Below are positions 14,401 through 27,700 of a stretch of 64,000 bases of DNA, piece by piece. Position numbers and translations under genes: made by a program. Source of the stretch: Eledone cirrhosa (taxonomy: Eukaryota); contig OZ024740.1 in assembly GCA_964016885.1 (NCBI GenBank), forward strand, positions 414,346,001 through 414,410,000, in the 5' to 3' direction. Each line of letters begins with the position of its first letter. The stretch's first letter is position 1. The notes below the pieces were generated by a model. It was not told the origin of the DNA. It did not search any database and was given only the letters and a program-made list of their open reading frames with translations.

Positions 14401-17400
14401 TATATTGTAATATATTGTAATATAGTGTAGTACAGTGTAGTGTAATATATTGTAATATAGTGTAGTACAGTGTAGTGTTGTATAGTGTAATATATTGTAA
14501 TATAGTGTAGTACAGTGTAGTGTTGTATAGTGTAATATACTGTAGTACAGTGTAGTGTAATATATTGTAATATATTGTAATATACTGTAGTACAGTGTAG
14601 TGTTGTATATTGAATATAGTGTAGTACAGTGTAGTGTTGTATAGTGTAATATATTGTAATATACTGTAGTACAGTGTAGTGTTGTATATTGTAATATAGT
14701 GTAGTACATTGTAGTGTTGTATAGTGTAATATATTGTAATATACTGTAGTAGAGTGTAGTGTTGTATAGTGTAATATATTGTAATATAGTGTAGTACAGC
14801 GTAGTGTTGTATAGTGTAATATATTACAATATAGTGTAGTACAGTGTAGTGTTGTGTAGTGTAATATATTGTAATATAGTGTAGTACAGTGTAGTGTTGT
14901 ATAGTGTAATATATTGTAATATAGTGTAGTGTTGTATAGTGTAATATATTGTAATATAGTGTATTGTTGTATAGTGTAATATATTGTAATATAGTGTAGT
15001 ACAGTGTAGTGTTGTATAGTGTAATATATTGTAATATACTGTAGTACAGTGTAGTATTGTATAGTGTAATATATTGTAATATACTGTAGTACAGTGTAGT
15101 ATTGTATAGTGTAATATATTGTAATATAGTGTAGTGTTGTATAGTGTAATATATTGTAATATAGTGTAATACAGTGTAGTATTGTATAGTGTAATATATT
15201 GTAATATACTGTAGTACAGTGTAGTATTGTATAGTGTAATATATTGTAATATACTGTAGTAGAGTGTAGTGTTGTATAGTGTAATATATTGTAATATAGT
15301 GTAGTACAGTGTATTTTGTATAGTGTAATATATTGTAATATAGTGTAATACAGTGTAATGTTGTATAGTGTAATATAGTGTAGTACAGTGTAGTGTTGTA
15401 TAGTGTAATATATTGTAATATAGTGTAATACAGTGTAATGTTGTATAGTGTAATATAGTGTAGTACAGTGTAGTGTTGTATAATGTAATATATTGTAATA
15501 TAGTGTAATACAGTGTAATGTTGTATAGTGTAATATAGTGTAGTGTTGTATAGTGTAATATATTGTAATATAGTGTAATACAGTGTAATGTTGTATAGTG
15601 TAATATAGTGTAGTACAGTGTAGTGTTGTATAGTGTAATATATTGTAATATAGTGTAATACAGTGTAATGTTGTATAGTGTAGTACAGTGTAGTGTTGTA
15701 TAGTGTAATATATTGTAATATAGTGTAATACAGTGTAATGTTGTATAGTGTAATATAGTGTAGTACAGTGTAGTGTTGTATAATGTAATATATTACAATA
15801 TACTGCAGTTCAGTGTAGTGGTGTGTAATATAATGCAATGCTTGGAGTAATTCCAATATATATATTTTTTTTTATTGAAATAAATGTTTCTGTCTGGAAT
15901 GTAGAATTTATTCCCAATACTTTCATATTGCAATACTTTTATACTTTTAATTTTCCATATTAACTGTTTGTTATGTTTATTTCTGTAGGGATTTCGTCTT
16001 TCTTTGTTATATCATATCAAGGGAGATACAGTTCCAAACCATGTTCTTGCATGTTTCAGATTGAAATAATTGAATGTCTTCAAGAAACTGGTTCCTTTTA
16101 TTATTTCCCTTCCCAAGACAACTCTATCTTTTTATAAAGAAATGTAATTTGTATATGTAAACATAGTCTTGCTCAGAAGATTAAATGTATGAATCAAATA
16201 GGAAATGTTATGTATTAAGAACTGTATGGAATATGATGTATTATGAAGATCAGTGTAATCTAGGATACAATTTATTTTCCTTTTTGAAACATCCTTTTAG
16301 ATCTAGAATATATTCCTATAAGAAAAGACTTCTTATCCTACAATCTTTTGAAAATTGTTTGTCACTACTGCCATGTTAAATCTGTACACTCCTTTGAATA
16401 TTCTTTGTCGATGCTAATATGTTAAGCCTGTACATTGCCTGGAAAATTATCTGTTGTTAGTGCCATGATACAATCTGAACACTCCTTTGAAAATTGTTTG
16501 CTGTTAGTACCATGTTCTAGTTTGAAACAGAAGATTCCTTGTTTCTACCACAACAGAACTCAAGATTATTCACAACTGATTAAACAATAGCCTATTCTGT
16601 ACATAAAGTAAAAATGTTATAAAAGAACACATAGGTTGACTCTTAATAATTCTATACTAAGTTTTCTGCCAAGCTGACAACTGCTGGAGTGTGACGTGCA
16701 TCTTTGAAATTATGGGCAACAACTTTTATATTGTTAAGTTTTACCATGAGCACTGTTATTCTACTACACGCATACATGCACACACACACACATGCGCGCG
16801 CACGCGCGCACAGACACATACACATGATGATAACAATAATAATATTTTCCCTTTACACAACATTGTCATAAATACAAAGCACTGGAATAAAATAACACAT
16901 AACCAAATATTTTGCAGTATACAGATAAATCAGAAGAAACTATTGAATATCTCTCCATATATGGTATCATCATCCCTCTCTTTCTCATTGAGACTTCATT
17001 GACATTACCCATCATTTATTCTCATATATAAATCCATGACCTTCCTTGCCAACTATAATCAATTTATCTCCTTAGCTGATATTTGCCAGTCTCACCATCA
17101 CATATCTCTGTTGTTATTCATCACTAACTCTGTCCCACTCACCAGGAGGCATTTTCACTAACTATCCCAAGTCTTCTTTGGTCTATATCTTCCACAGGTT
17201 TTGGCAACTTCAAGTGCTCAGTATTTATTAATACATCATCCTCCATATATACTATATACATGAACTAGTGTAGTTGTATCTCAGGGACACTACATCAAGC
17301 TCCTCTTATATCCTATTTATCTCTTGACTCATTTATGTTCCATCATTTATGCATAATAACATCACACATCCATTTAATATCACTTTTAACAGCCAATCCT

Positions 17401-20400
17401 TTGTTTTATTATTATTATTAGGGCGGTGGATTGGCAGTATCGGTAGAGGGTCGGACGCCATGCTTTCCAGCATAGTTACGTTCCTTTACGATCTGAGTTC
17501 AAATCCTGCCGAGGTTGACTTTGCCTTTCATCCTTACGGGGTCGATAAAATAATGTACCAGTAATGCACTGGTAATTGCTGGCCTTGTGCCTAAATTAGA
17601 AACAATTATTATTATTAGGCTGGATTAGTGTATTAAGTGGGCTTTGACAGGGGCAATCATTAATAACAAATGGTGCTTCGTTCTGAAAAAGGTGATTAGA
17701 GTAGGATTGATAAGGTTCAGTAATGGTGTAGTGATAGAGAAACCTAAATTAGTGGGAGTGCTATCTAGAAAGCTAGAAGAGGCACTTTGAAAAGACATCC
17801 CGACCAACGTACTTGAGGAGAGATTGGCTCTCAACCAATTCTTCAATATTAAGCATGAAGGCTGCATTGTCCAAGCTAGTGCATATGCTCTTAAGACAGG
17901 GGGGAATGAAAGCCATTTGATAAGCTTGAGGGGTAGAGGAGCTGTATGGCCACAAAGTCACAATCCAGTCCTTGGCTGACCACAATAGCACATGTGTGTG
18001 ACTTTTCAGCAACAATTCGCTCAACTGCTCAGGAGACGTGGCACACTGGATCATGATAATGAACTTTACAACATACCTCAGCATCCTGCTATGGCTCTCG
18101 GCAATTGAGGTAAAGTTGCAAAAAAACAGTAACAGCCATTGAGATATGGAAGGTGACGACTCACTGCAAAAGTTGCAAATTACCCTTATTTGGATGGTCT
18201 TCCCAATGAGCTTTACGATTACATGTTAGACTTGTTCAGTGACATCTTGGCAAATGTCGACTGCAACTGGCAGCAGAATGGGATTATTCTTAGTTTTGTG
18301 AGCTGAGAGGTGGTGGAACAACTGAGGTCCTTACCTGAACAAGGGGGACCATATTGACACTTTTAGACACATAATTATGTTAAATACAAAATTTTGGCCA
18401 AGGTGACGTCGGTCAGGTAAAGGAGGTGCAGACATGCAGCATTCTGAAAAGATCCATCCTCAACAACCTCCACCTTATGTGATACGTCATAGACAGAGTG
18501 GCTAAGGAACCTGACATGAGTGAAGCCCTGATAGATCAATTTGAAGCTTTTGATTAGGCTAACCATTGATACCTGGTGACAGTCATCAAAGCAGCTGGCT
18601 TTGAACCCATTTTGAGAGGATGGATTCCTGCAATGCACAGTGACATCTGCTCTGTAATCCAAATGAACAGTAATCTCTCAGAACTGTTCAACATCATCTG
18701 CTTGATCTGCCAAGATTGTCCCGTTGGTAAATTTATAGAAAAGCACCTAATGGGGTTCATTAGGGGAAATATTTTTTTCTAGGTTTTTTCATGTGTTAGC
18801 AACTAATATGACTTTCAACATGCTTGCAATCAACTTTTTTTTCCAAAAAAAGATTTGAGGGTACAAGCATGTCAGATTTTTCCAGCCTTTGAATTGGAGT
18901 GAGACTCTCTGTCCCAGCACCTCCAAACTAAAAAAAAAATCAATTGCAAGTATGCAAGAGGTCAGATTAGTGGAAAACATGAATAAACCTAGGGGAAAAA
19001 ATCTCTTGCCGATCGCCAACAGTGCTTTTCTATAAATCTAAACAGCTGAGAGGTGATTATCTGTAACTCTTAGGGCCCCACTTCCTCCTTGCCCCCGTTT
19101 TCAGGAAAAGGTGTTATTGCCAAGTGAGTCAGAAGTCGAAGTCGGATTGGTTAAAAACAATTGAAAACAAACTACAAAAGAAAAAAAAAATCCTACTGAA
19201 AAGAACTCTGAAGCTGGAAAAATCCGATGGTCTCCACTTCCCCAACAACTCCATTTTCAGAAAAAAGTCGATTGCAAGCATGTCAGATATCAGATTATTT
19301 GAAAACACAGTCAGGTCTATGCCATTCAACAGTGTCATATGATGCTGGGCGGAGAGACTGGTTAAATTGCTTGGTGGTCCAGTTTGGGCCAGACTTCCAG
19401 ATAGACAAAAACTGGGAGGAGGTAATAAGCAGAGTGGCCAGTCGCATCCAGAAATATGCAAGATGGAAGATATCCCTGAAAGGTCAGGCAGAGGTGGCAA
19501 ACTCGCATATTGTGTCTGTCATCTACTACAACCTACCCATCATGCCTTGTCCAGGTCATCATCTGACTGCACTGGAGCGTTTATTCTTTTTCTTCTTGTG
19601 GGAGGGACATGTTCCAATGGTAAGGTGATCAATCTGTTGTCAAAACCCACAGTGTGAAGGACTAAGTATACTGTGGCTGATGATGTGCAGACATGAACTG
19701 AAGCTACAACATCTTCAGCTTTTCCTTCATGGTAAACAGGTATGGCTGCTGTTTGTTGGATGTGTTTTATTCCCACTTTATCTCCATAGCAGAGATGCAG
19801 ATCTGGATCAAGCAAAGACCATGAGGGAGTACTTGGAAACTGGAAGTCTTCAAGTGTTCACAGCCCTCTGCCAATTGGGCAATACAATTCATGGAAACTC
19901 CACCTTGATATTCTATAGAGGGTTAGTGACAGCATTCTTGGGGAGACTTTAGGGATTGACAAAAATCAGCTAGCCACTTTTCTGGAGGTCTTTCAGTTCA
20001 GGGCTCATGGATAACTCACTGGCCTGGCAGTGTTACCGGGGAGCATTGCCAGTTCAAGATAAATTCTAGTAATGGAAGTATTATCTGCCAGACCTGTCCA
20101 AGATGTAGGGCAACAAAACTATCCTGCACGCACTCATCCAGTATCTGAGAATTGCTGACTTGTGGGTTATGTCAAATACCTGCTGTCATGTGTAGGACAG
20201 ATCTGGCTATCAGCTGGATCCATAGGGAAGATTGCCTCACTACCTTCCTTTAACGAGGAAAGTCAGGATGTTTTTATCTGCCTAGTGGCCATGCTTAAAG
20301 AGGTCATGTAGAAGAATTTAAAAGGGTTGCAAACAAGCACTTTTCTCTTTGGTGAAGTCATAAAGTGGAGAAGGAAGCCTTGCCGTCCAGCTAGTTTGTT

Positions 20401-23400
20401 GAAAGGTGGATGAGAGAGTTGAGCATGATCAGAGTGAATGTTCTTGCTCTAAGTATGAGCCTGTAGATTGCAGGACAGGGAGGGGCACTTGCTCTAGTGG
20501 TCAAGATGACTGTGGTTTTTTGTGGTCTTTCTCTATGAGTGACCCTCAGAAGTCTCCTTTTACTGGGGAACTTGTTTTTGTTCGAACTTTTTATGTTTCT
20601 TTGTTTTCATTATAATTTTTTCACAAGGAAACATCCACACTGTACCATCTTGTGCCATCCTTAATGTTTTTTTAATGTGAGCCCTGAGTAGATAATAAAG
20701 AAACCATTATTGTTAAAGCTGGTGTTGTTTTATACATGTTTATAGCAACCCACTTCAGCTGTGAGTGTTGATAATGAGATAAGCAGTGGCAGCAGATGTT
20801 ATGTAACAACAGTGTGTAATTGTATCTTGCTGTAATTTCTGAGATATTCTTTTTCTTGTTTTGAATATCATTTTGATGTTAGCAGTTTATATAAATAGTG
20901 CTGGAATGAATATTGTATGAGAGAAGTAAAGATAAATTTGCAATCTGTTCACATTATTTCATGTTTGGTTTTTATGCCTATTTATTTATCGTTATTATTA
21001 TTATTATTATTCCTTTCTGTTTGGGAAGAACATGATTTGAACATGATGAAATAAGATATTTCATTTTGGTTAATATCTGTTTATCACTCTGTATTCTAAA
21101 CGCAAACTATATTGTTGAGTTTAGATAAAGTAAAAAAAAAAAAGCTCTTATTAACTCAACATCCTGCACCACATGAAACCACATTAGCATACTACATCAC
21201 ATTAAAAATCAAAGTCTTTACTTTACTGAAAAGTTTTCCAACAATCTGTCCACCAGTAAAAATAATATAAACATTTAAATTAAGAAACACATTTCTAGAT
21301 ATTTTCTGCTAAATCATTACAGAATGTTAAGAGTTAAGCTTAGCACAATCTAATCTAAAAGATGTTAAATAGAAAGAGAGATCTATAAGTAACTGTATTG
21401 ATAGAAGTATACTTTTCTCTTCTGGTTGAATGATTGAATATTTTTATATTCTGTCAATGGCTCCATGTTTTTATTATTGACAAGTTTTAAACAACTCTGT
21501 CAAACTAGCTGCAAATAGTTATCCTCAATTGTATCTTGGTTCAGTTTAACAATGTAAATAAGTGTTTTCAATATCTTGCAGTGCAATGGGTGAGTGTATA
21601 TTTTTGGAAAGAAAGAAATAATACTGCTAATCTCAGCACACAAAGTATTTCTGCATTGAACAGAATATCTGAGGTCTTGAATCTGAATAAGGCTCTGCTT
21701 TAGATATTAGTCTCTATTTTATTTCACAGCACCACATCATGCAAGCCAACAAGATACTAGTAAAGCTTCTTTTAAATCACACCGGAGCATCTTAAATAAT
21801 TGTTTCTACTTTTGCCACAAGGCCAGCAATTATCCCAGTGTATTACTGGTACTTTATTTTATCGACCTCGTAAGGATGAAAGGCAAAGTTAACCTCGGCA
21901 AGATTTGAACTCAGACCACAAAGAGCCGTAACTCTTTGCTGCAAAGCATGGCGTCCAACCCTCTACCGATACTGCCAATCCACCACCCTAGGGGCATCTT
22001 AAATAATGAAAGGACACAGAATATGACACCATGGTCATAAAAGACAAGATGGTCATATTTGGAATGCCTTTGAGGATATATCTGCTCAATCATTTTTGAC
22101 CTGGTACTAATCAGCAATGCTCCTCTTCTTTTTTATTTTCTAGCAGCATTGACTATCTGCAGCTTACAATTTTGTTATCTTTATCTACCACTATTATAAC
22201 CCCTACTTCCAGTAGGTAACTTATATGTTCAATTTCACTACTGACTAATTATAACTGTTCTGGCTTTTAGAAATTTGTTGTGTGATTAAGGATGTGTTAT
22301 TAATATGTTGATTATAATATACACCAAAACCAATATCATACATTACTAATTTATTAGCAGACAGGGAGCTCAGCGAAATAGCTTCATTTCATCATTTCAT
22401 TTCATTTTACGTCCGCTTTTTCCCTGCTTGCAAGGGTGGGACGGGAACTGATTCTGGCTTGATTTCTACAGCTGGATGCCCTTCCTAACACCAACCTCAT
22501 TTACAGTGAGTGATGGGTGCTTTTTTGCCGTGGCACCTCCACGACCACTTTGCAGTGGAATGATAGGGACCCCAGTCCCTATCATCTCATTTCTACAGCT
22601 GAGTAAACTGGAGCAATGTGAAATAAAGTGTCTTGCTCAAGGAAACAACGCATCGCCCGGTCTGAGAATTGAACTCACAACCTTTCGATTGCAAGGCCAA
22701 TGCTCTAACCACTAAGCCATGTGCCTCCAGCTTATACTATAATATTTGTCAGAGTAATAAAATGTTGCTATCACAACAGAAAAATGGTATAAAGCTTAAT
22801 AAGCTGTGTTTAAAGTTATCATTATTTATTATTGCTAGATTGTGATTAAGCAACATTAATGAATAAAGAGTAAGGGCGGTGGATTGGCAGTATCGGTAGA
22901 GGGTCGGACGCCATGCTTTCCAGCATAGTTACGTCCCTTTACGATCTGAGTTCAAATCCCGCCGAGGTTGACTTTGCCTTTCATCCTTACGGGGTCGATA
23001 AAATAAAGTACCAGTAATGCACTGGGTAATTGCTGGCCTTGTGCCAAAAGTAGAAACAATTAATGAATAAAGAGTAAATTAAAAAATAGCAAAATGTGTA
23101 GTTAATTGGCACAAGTGATGATATAGTTTGTATTTATTATCAACTACAAATCTTTGTTGCATACAAATTCATTTATTGATATGTGACTGACTGATAAACT
23201 GTCAAAAGATATGCTACTTATATTGGCAGTTGAAACTAGAATCACTGTAGCTGTAAGTTGTGGCATCCAGCCATAAGCAAGCATAGCTATTTCTCTAATA
23301 GTGGCAAGTCCAGTTTCCTTTCCTGCTTACTAAAACTTTAATATTTGCTAGGTTTATTTTGATGCTCTTCAATTCGAGGTTTCGCTATCACATCAGGAAT

Positions 23401-24701
23401 TTATTTTCTAATTTTCCTTCAGATTCTGCTTACAAGAATTCCCATGGATCTTAAAGGTATTTTGTAGGCCTGCGGGACAATAATAAACAGAAGGAAGCTG
23501 AGAACTGAGCTCTGGGGGTCCTTACCTGCACATTAAATCTGTCGCAGTACACATTGCATAATTTCAACCAGTTAACTATGCCTAAGCACATAGCTTTCAT
23601 CTACACCTAATTTTCTTAGCTCCAGTCAGATTAAAGTCGGTGGAACTCTGTCAAAAGCTTTTCACAAGTTGATGAATGCTAGGTATAGGGACTTACTCAT
23701 AGGTAAGTAATTTTCCTGCAGTTGTTTCATTTCACTAGGAGGATGAGATAAATAGTACTTCTCACCAATACAAAGCTGAACTGCATCTTACCAAGATTAA
23801 TTCTGTTCCAAATCAATCATACTATCACTTTTTCTTTAACCTTCATAATCTGATCAAACAATGTGATGCTTCTGCAGTTTCCTCTTTCTATTGCTTCAAA
23901 GAAATGAGTTGAGCATGCTCAGATGGATGTGCAATGTTAGTGTGCATTAGCAACATAGCATAAGCAAACTGAAGGAAAACCTTGGCATAAGAGGAATTGG
24001 TTGTGGTGTGCAAGAGACATGTGTTTTTATGGACATATGATGCACATAGAAGGTAGCAGCTGCATAAAGAAATGCAGAAATATAGAAAAACCCCAGTGGC
24101 TGGGACCCATGGAAGATGCAGACCCAGGAAGACATGGGATGAGGTTGTAAAGACTAACCATTAAAAGCTAAACCTTACAACGGAAATGACTAAAGACTGC
24201 GATAGTTGATGCTATGAAGAGCTGATGTTGACCAGACCTGCAGCATACAATGTGATCTGACCACCCCTCCCCCCTTCCACTAGCACTCCCTAACAGTTAT
24301 TCTCAACTTCATAACTTCAACCCCCTCTCCCTTTGAAGTGGTTGGCGATAGCAAGGGCTTCTAGCCATAGAACAACCAAAGGGTCACAAAGACCCTTCTG
24401 TCATGTCAAGGACATGACAACCTCCCTACATAATAAACGCACCCAGTACACTCTGTAAAGTGGTTGGTGATAGGAACAGCCTCCCGCCATAGCAATCTTG
24501 CCAAATAAAGGGCTGAGAGGACCCTCAGTTGTATCAAAGGCATGACAACTTCTCCTGAACACTCGATGGAATGTGAGACTGTACATAAGCAAGACACAGA
24601 TTCCTAGCTTGCCTGGGAGATCTGTGGCTCTGCTTCAGTACCGACTTGGTCTCTATGGACTCGTCCAACTTTTGCTAGCAAGGAAAGCAAATGTTAAAAC
24701 A

Positions 24702-24732
<31 letters not shown>

Positions 24733-27700
24733 CGATATATATATTTTTTAAACATTTTCAAAAAGAAAGGATACATTAGAATATATAGTCCCTGATATAT
24801 ATAAAGATGGATAGTAATAGCCAGAAGGCTACCATCTTAAATTTGCTGAATCATGGCTGACATAGGGTTCAAAAGCTACAACAACCATAAATATTTCCAA
24901 GTAATGCTGAATCCATGAGTGATTCTCATCTTTCTCTGTCATTAACCCCCTTTGTTGGATCTATTTTATAATCTGCCCTCTTAATCTTATACAAAAATAT
25001 ATACTAAATAATCTCTATATTTAAAAAACTCTAAGATAGCATGTTGGCACTAGGTTATTTATATACACACACACATACACACACTCACATACACACACAC
25101 ATACACAAATATCATCCTCATGTGTGTGTGCGTAAGTTATGAAAATGGCATAATAGAACTAAATGGTAATTATAAATATTAACAACAATCTTATTACTTT
25201 CAACTTCACTCCAGTCTCCTTTGTATGTTTGTAAAGAAGAAAAAAATAACAGCTTTCAAAGGAATACAAAACAAGAAAAATAAAAAGGTAGACATAGTGA
25301 AAACCTTCCATTAAAGGAAATAACAAGTTTGTTCACGGTATAGAGTTGTTAGGGAATTATAAACTCCAGTCATCTTTACTGCATTATTATACAATATGCA
25401 ATGTGCAGTGTAAAACCAATTTACATACACCACAGTACACCACATCACATAACCATACTGATCTCTGAAGCAAAGTTGTAAAACCTACAGCTTGATTCTC
25501 TTCAAGTGGCAGCATCATTTAAATTAGTTTTGTAGCAGATCAAAAAGAAAACTAATAACCAGCTTTTTAAACAGCCAGCAGGTGAGTGAGGGGAAATTGA
25601 AACGACATGGAATACACAGACGACAAGGTACAGTGGCACAAACCTGAAAGGTGTAATATTCCGATATCTGTAGTATGGTGACGGCTAGGTAATTTGATTT
25701 CTTTCAATTTCAAAGCTGGAAAAGTAAAATGAATAAAATAAATAAAAGATTTATCAGTTTAAAAGAAATAAAACAGAAATACATGAACCCAGTGAAAGTT
25801 GTCCAATATATAGAAGACATGTAATATATTCCTCTTATCAACTAAAAGTAGAGGCAATACAACAAAATGTATGGTAAAAATATATACATTTAAAGATACA
25901 AAGATATACATACATATGTATGTGTGTATGTGCAGTGTGTATGAGCATCTGTTTCTAGAGTATGGCGTTAAATATATATAATATATATCATGTGATCGTG
26001 GATATATCACATAATAATCAGAATTCCAATCTTTCATACATATGAAAGAAAAAAAGCTATGATCTAAAAGAGATGAGATATGACTGTTGGATGGATGGCT
26101 GAGTGACTTAATGGAAGTGTGTGTAGGTGCGTAAAGATGTATATTTATATATGTAAATATATGACACTTATAAATAAATGAATAAATAAATGTATGTACG
26201 TGTGTGATGTGAATGAATATATGTATGTATATACATGTGTATATATATATGTATGTATTGACACATATACAAGTATAATATACATACACATACACACACA
26301 CACAGATGTATCTATGCTTAAACCATGCATGCAAGGTGTGGAAAACATTTTGCACAAGAGAGTTATGTACTTTGCACGAGTTATTGATAAAATTGAGTGC
26401 AAATAATAGATTGCGGAAATAAATTCAAAAGCCATAACATTGTATAAAAGCCTAATATGGGCTTCTTTTAAATTCATGATATAGTCTAGGTTAGTAATAG
26501 TCTGCGAAGGAAACAATTAACCAATAATGTTAGGAGATTTTAGAAATATCGAGAGCAATCATCATCATCATCATCAATATCATTATCGTTTTTACGTCCA
26601 TTTTTCCATGCTCGCATGGGTTGGACAGGTCCTTCTCAGCTCAGCATCTATCCACTCACTGTGTTTCTTCGTCATTTCCTCTGTAAGACAGTGATTTGAG
26701 ATCAGCTCTCACACATCTGCCGAGGTTTTTCTTGGTCTACCTCTGCTGTGACTTCCTTCCACTGACATTTCATGACACTTCTTCACCCACCGGTCATCAT
26801 CCATGCACATCACATGTCCATACCAATGCAGTCTTCTCTCCAGCACACCACCTCGAATTCCTCTTAACCCAGTTTTTCCCATAATTCATCCAAGCTCTGC
26901 CTTTCTCTCATTTTTACATTGCACATCCAGTGAAGCATGTTTACTACATTTCTTTCCATACATATATAATATCTAAGGCAGAATTAGAGAATAATACTAA
27001 GACCCATTTGGTCATAGTATTATTCTAAAATAGACATACTAATTTGCAGTCTCAGTTACACACTCTGTATGTATACAGAGTTTATTCTAGACAGAGATAT
27101 GTAATTTTAAACTTAATGTTTAAGAAGCTGAATTAAATTCTGAACAACATATGTATTATCATCACCATTTACTGCTTTATTTTCCATGCTTGCAGGTCGT
27201 CCACATTAGGAGGCATGTCTAGCCAATTGGCCACGCCGTACCTTGCTCACACGGAACTGTACTTTGGCCATTTTTTTACAGCTGGATGCCCTTCCTAACA
27301 CCAACGATGTTTGCAATGTGAAACTGGGTGATCCCGTTAGGGAGCTGGGTGGTCTCGTTAGGGAGCTGGATGGAGCCATTATGAGGAAGGTCTGGCCAGT
27401 TGACCACATTGAACCTTGCTCAAAACGGAGCTGTATTTTTTATGTTTTCTTTTTACAGTTGGATGCCCTTCCTAACACCAACCACGTTTACAGTGTGGAA
27501 CTGCATGGTCCTGTTATGAGGAGGGTCTGGCCAGTTGGTCATAGCAGAACAATATTTTGGGAGCTGGATGGACACGTTATGAAGAAGGTCGGGCTAATTG
27601 GCCAAGCCAAACCTTGCACATAGTGAAACCTGTGTTTTGACAGGGTTTTTACAGCTGCTGGATGTCCATCCTAACACCAACCACATGTACTGTGTGGGAC

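Larger units (their letters stand above)
8050..15835. repeat. Pentamer-based satellite with a 45-bp higher-order unit, interrupted by one SINE and two RTE insertions
   Basis: Unit TATAT-TGTAA-TATAG-TGTAG-TACAG-TGTAG-TGTTG-TATAG-TGTAA; blocks at about 8050-8465, 8631-8840, 10479-10550 and 11819-15835. Confidence 0.95.

Noticed and set aside
10943-15856. 1637-aa ORF as a real gene
   Set aside because: About 1340 aa come from a satellite whose unit lacks stops on this strand; the remainder is an RTE RT fragment. There is no ATG start.
25759-26516. Y/I/H/C-rich ORFs here and at 29237-29579, 32812-33502, 38532-38988 and 58091-58506
   Set aside because: They are translations of TA/CA/trinucleotide microsatellites or pLTR low-complexity DNA.
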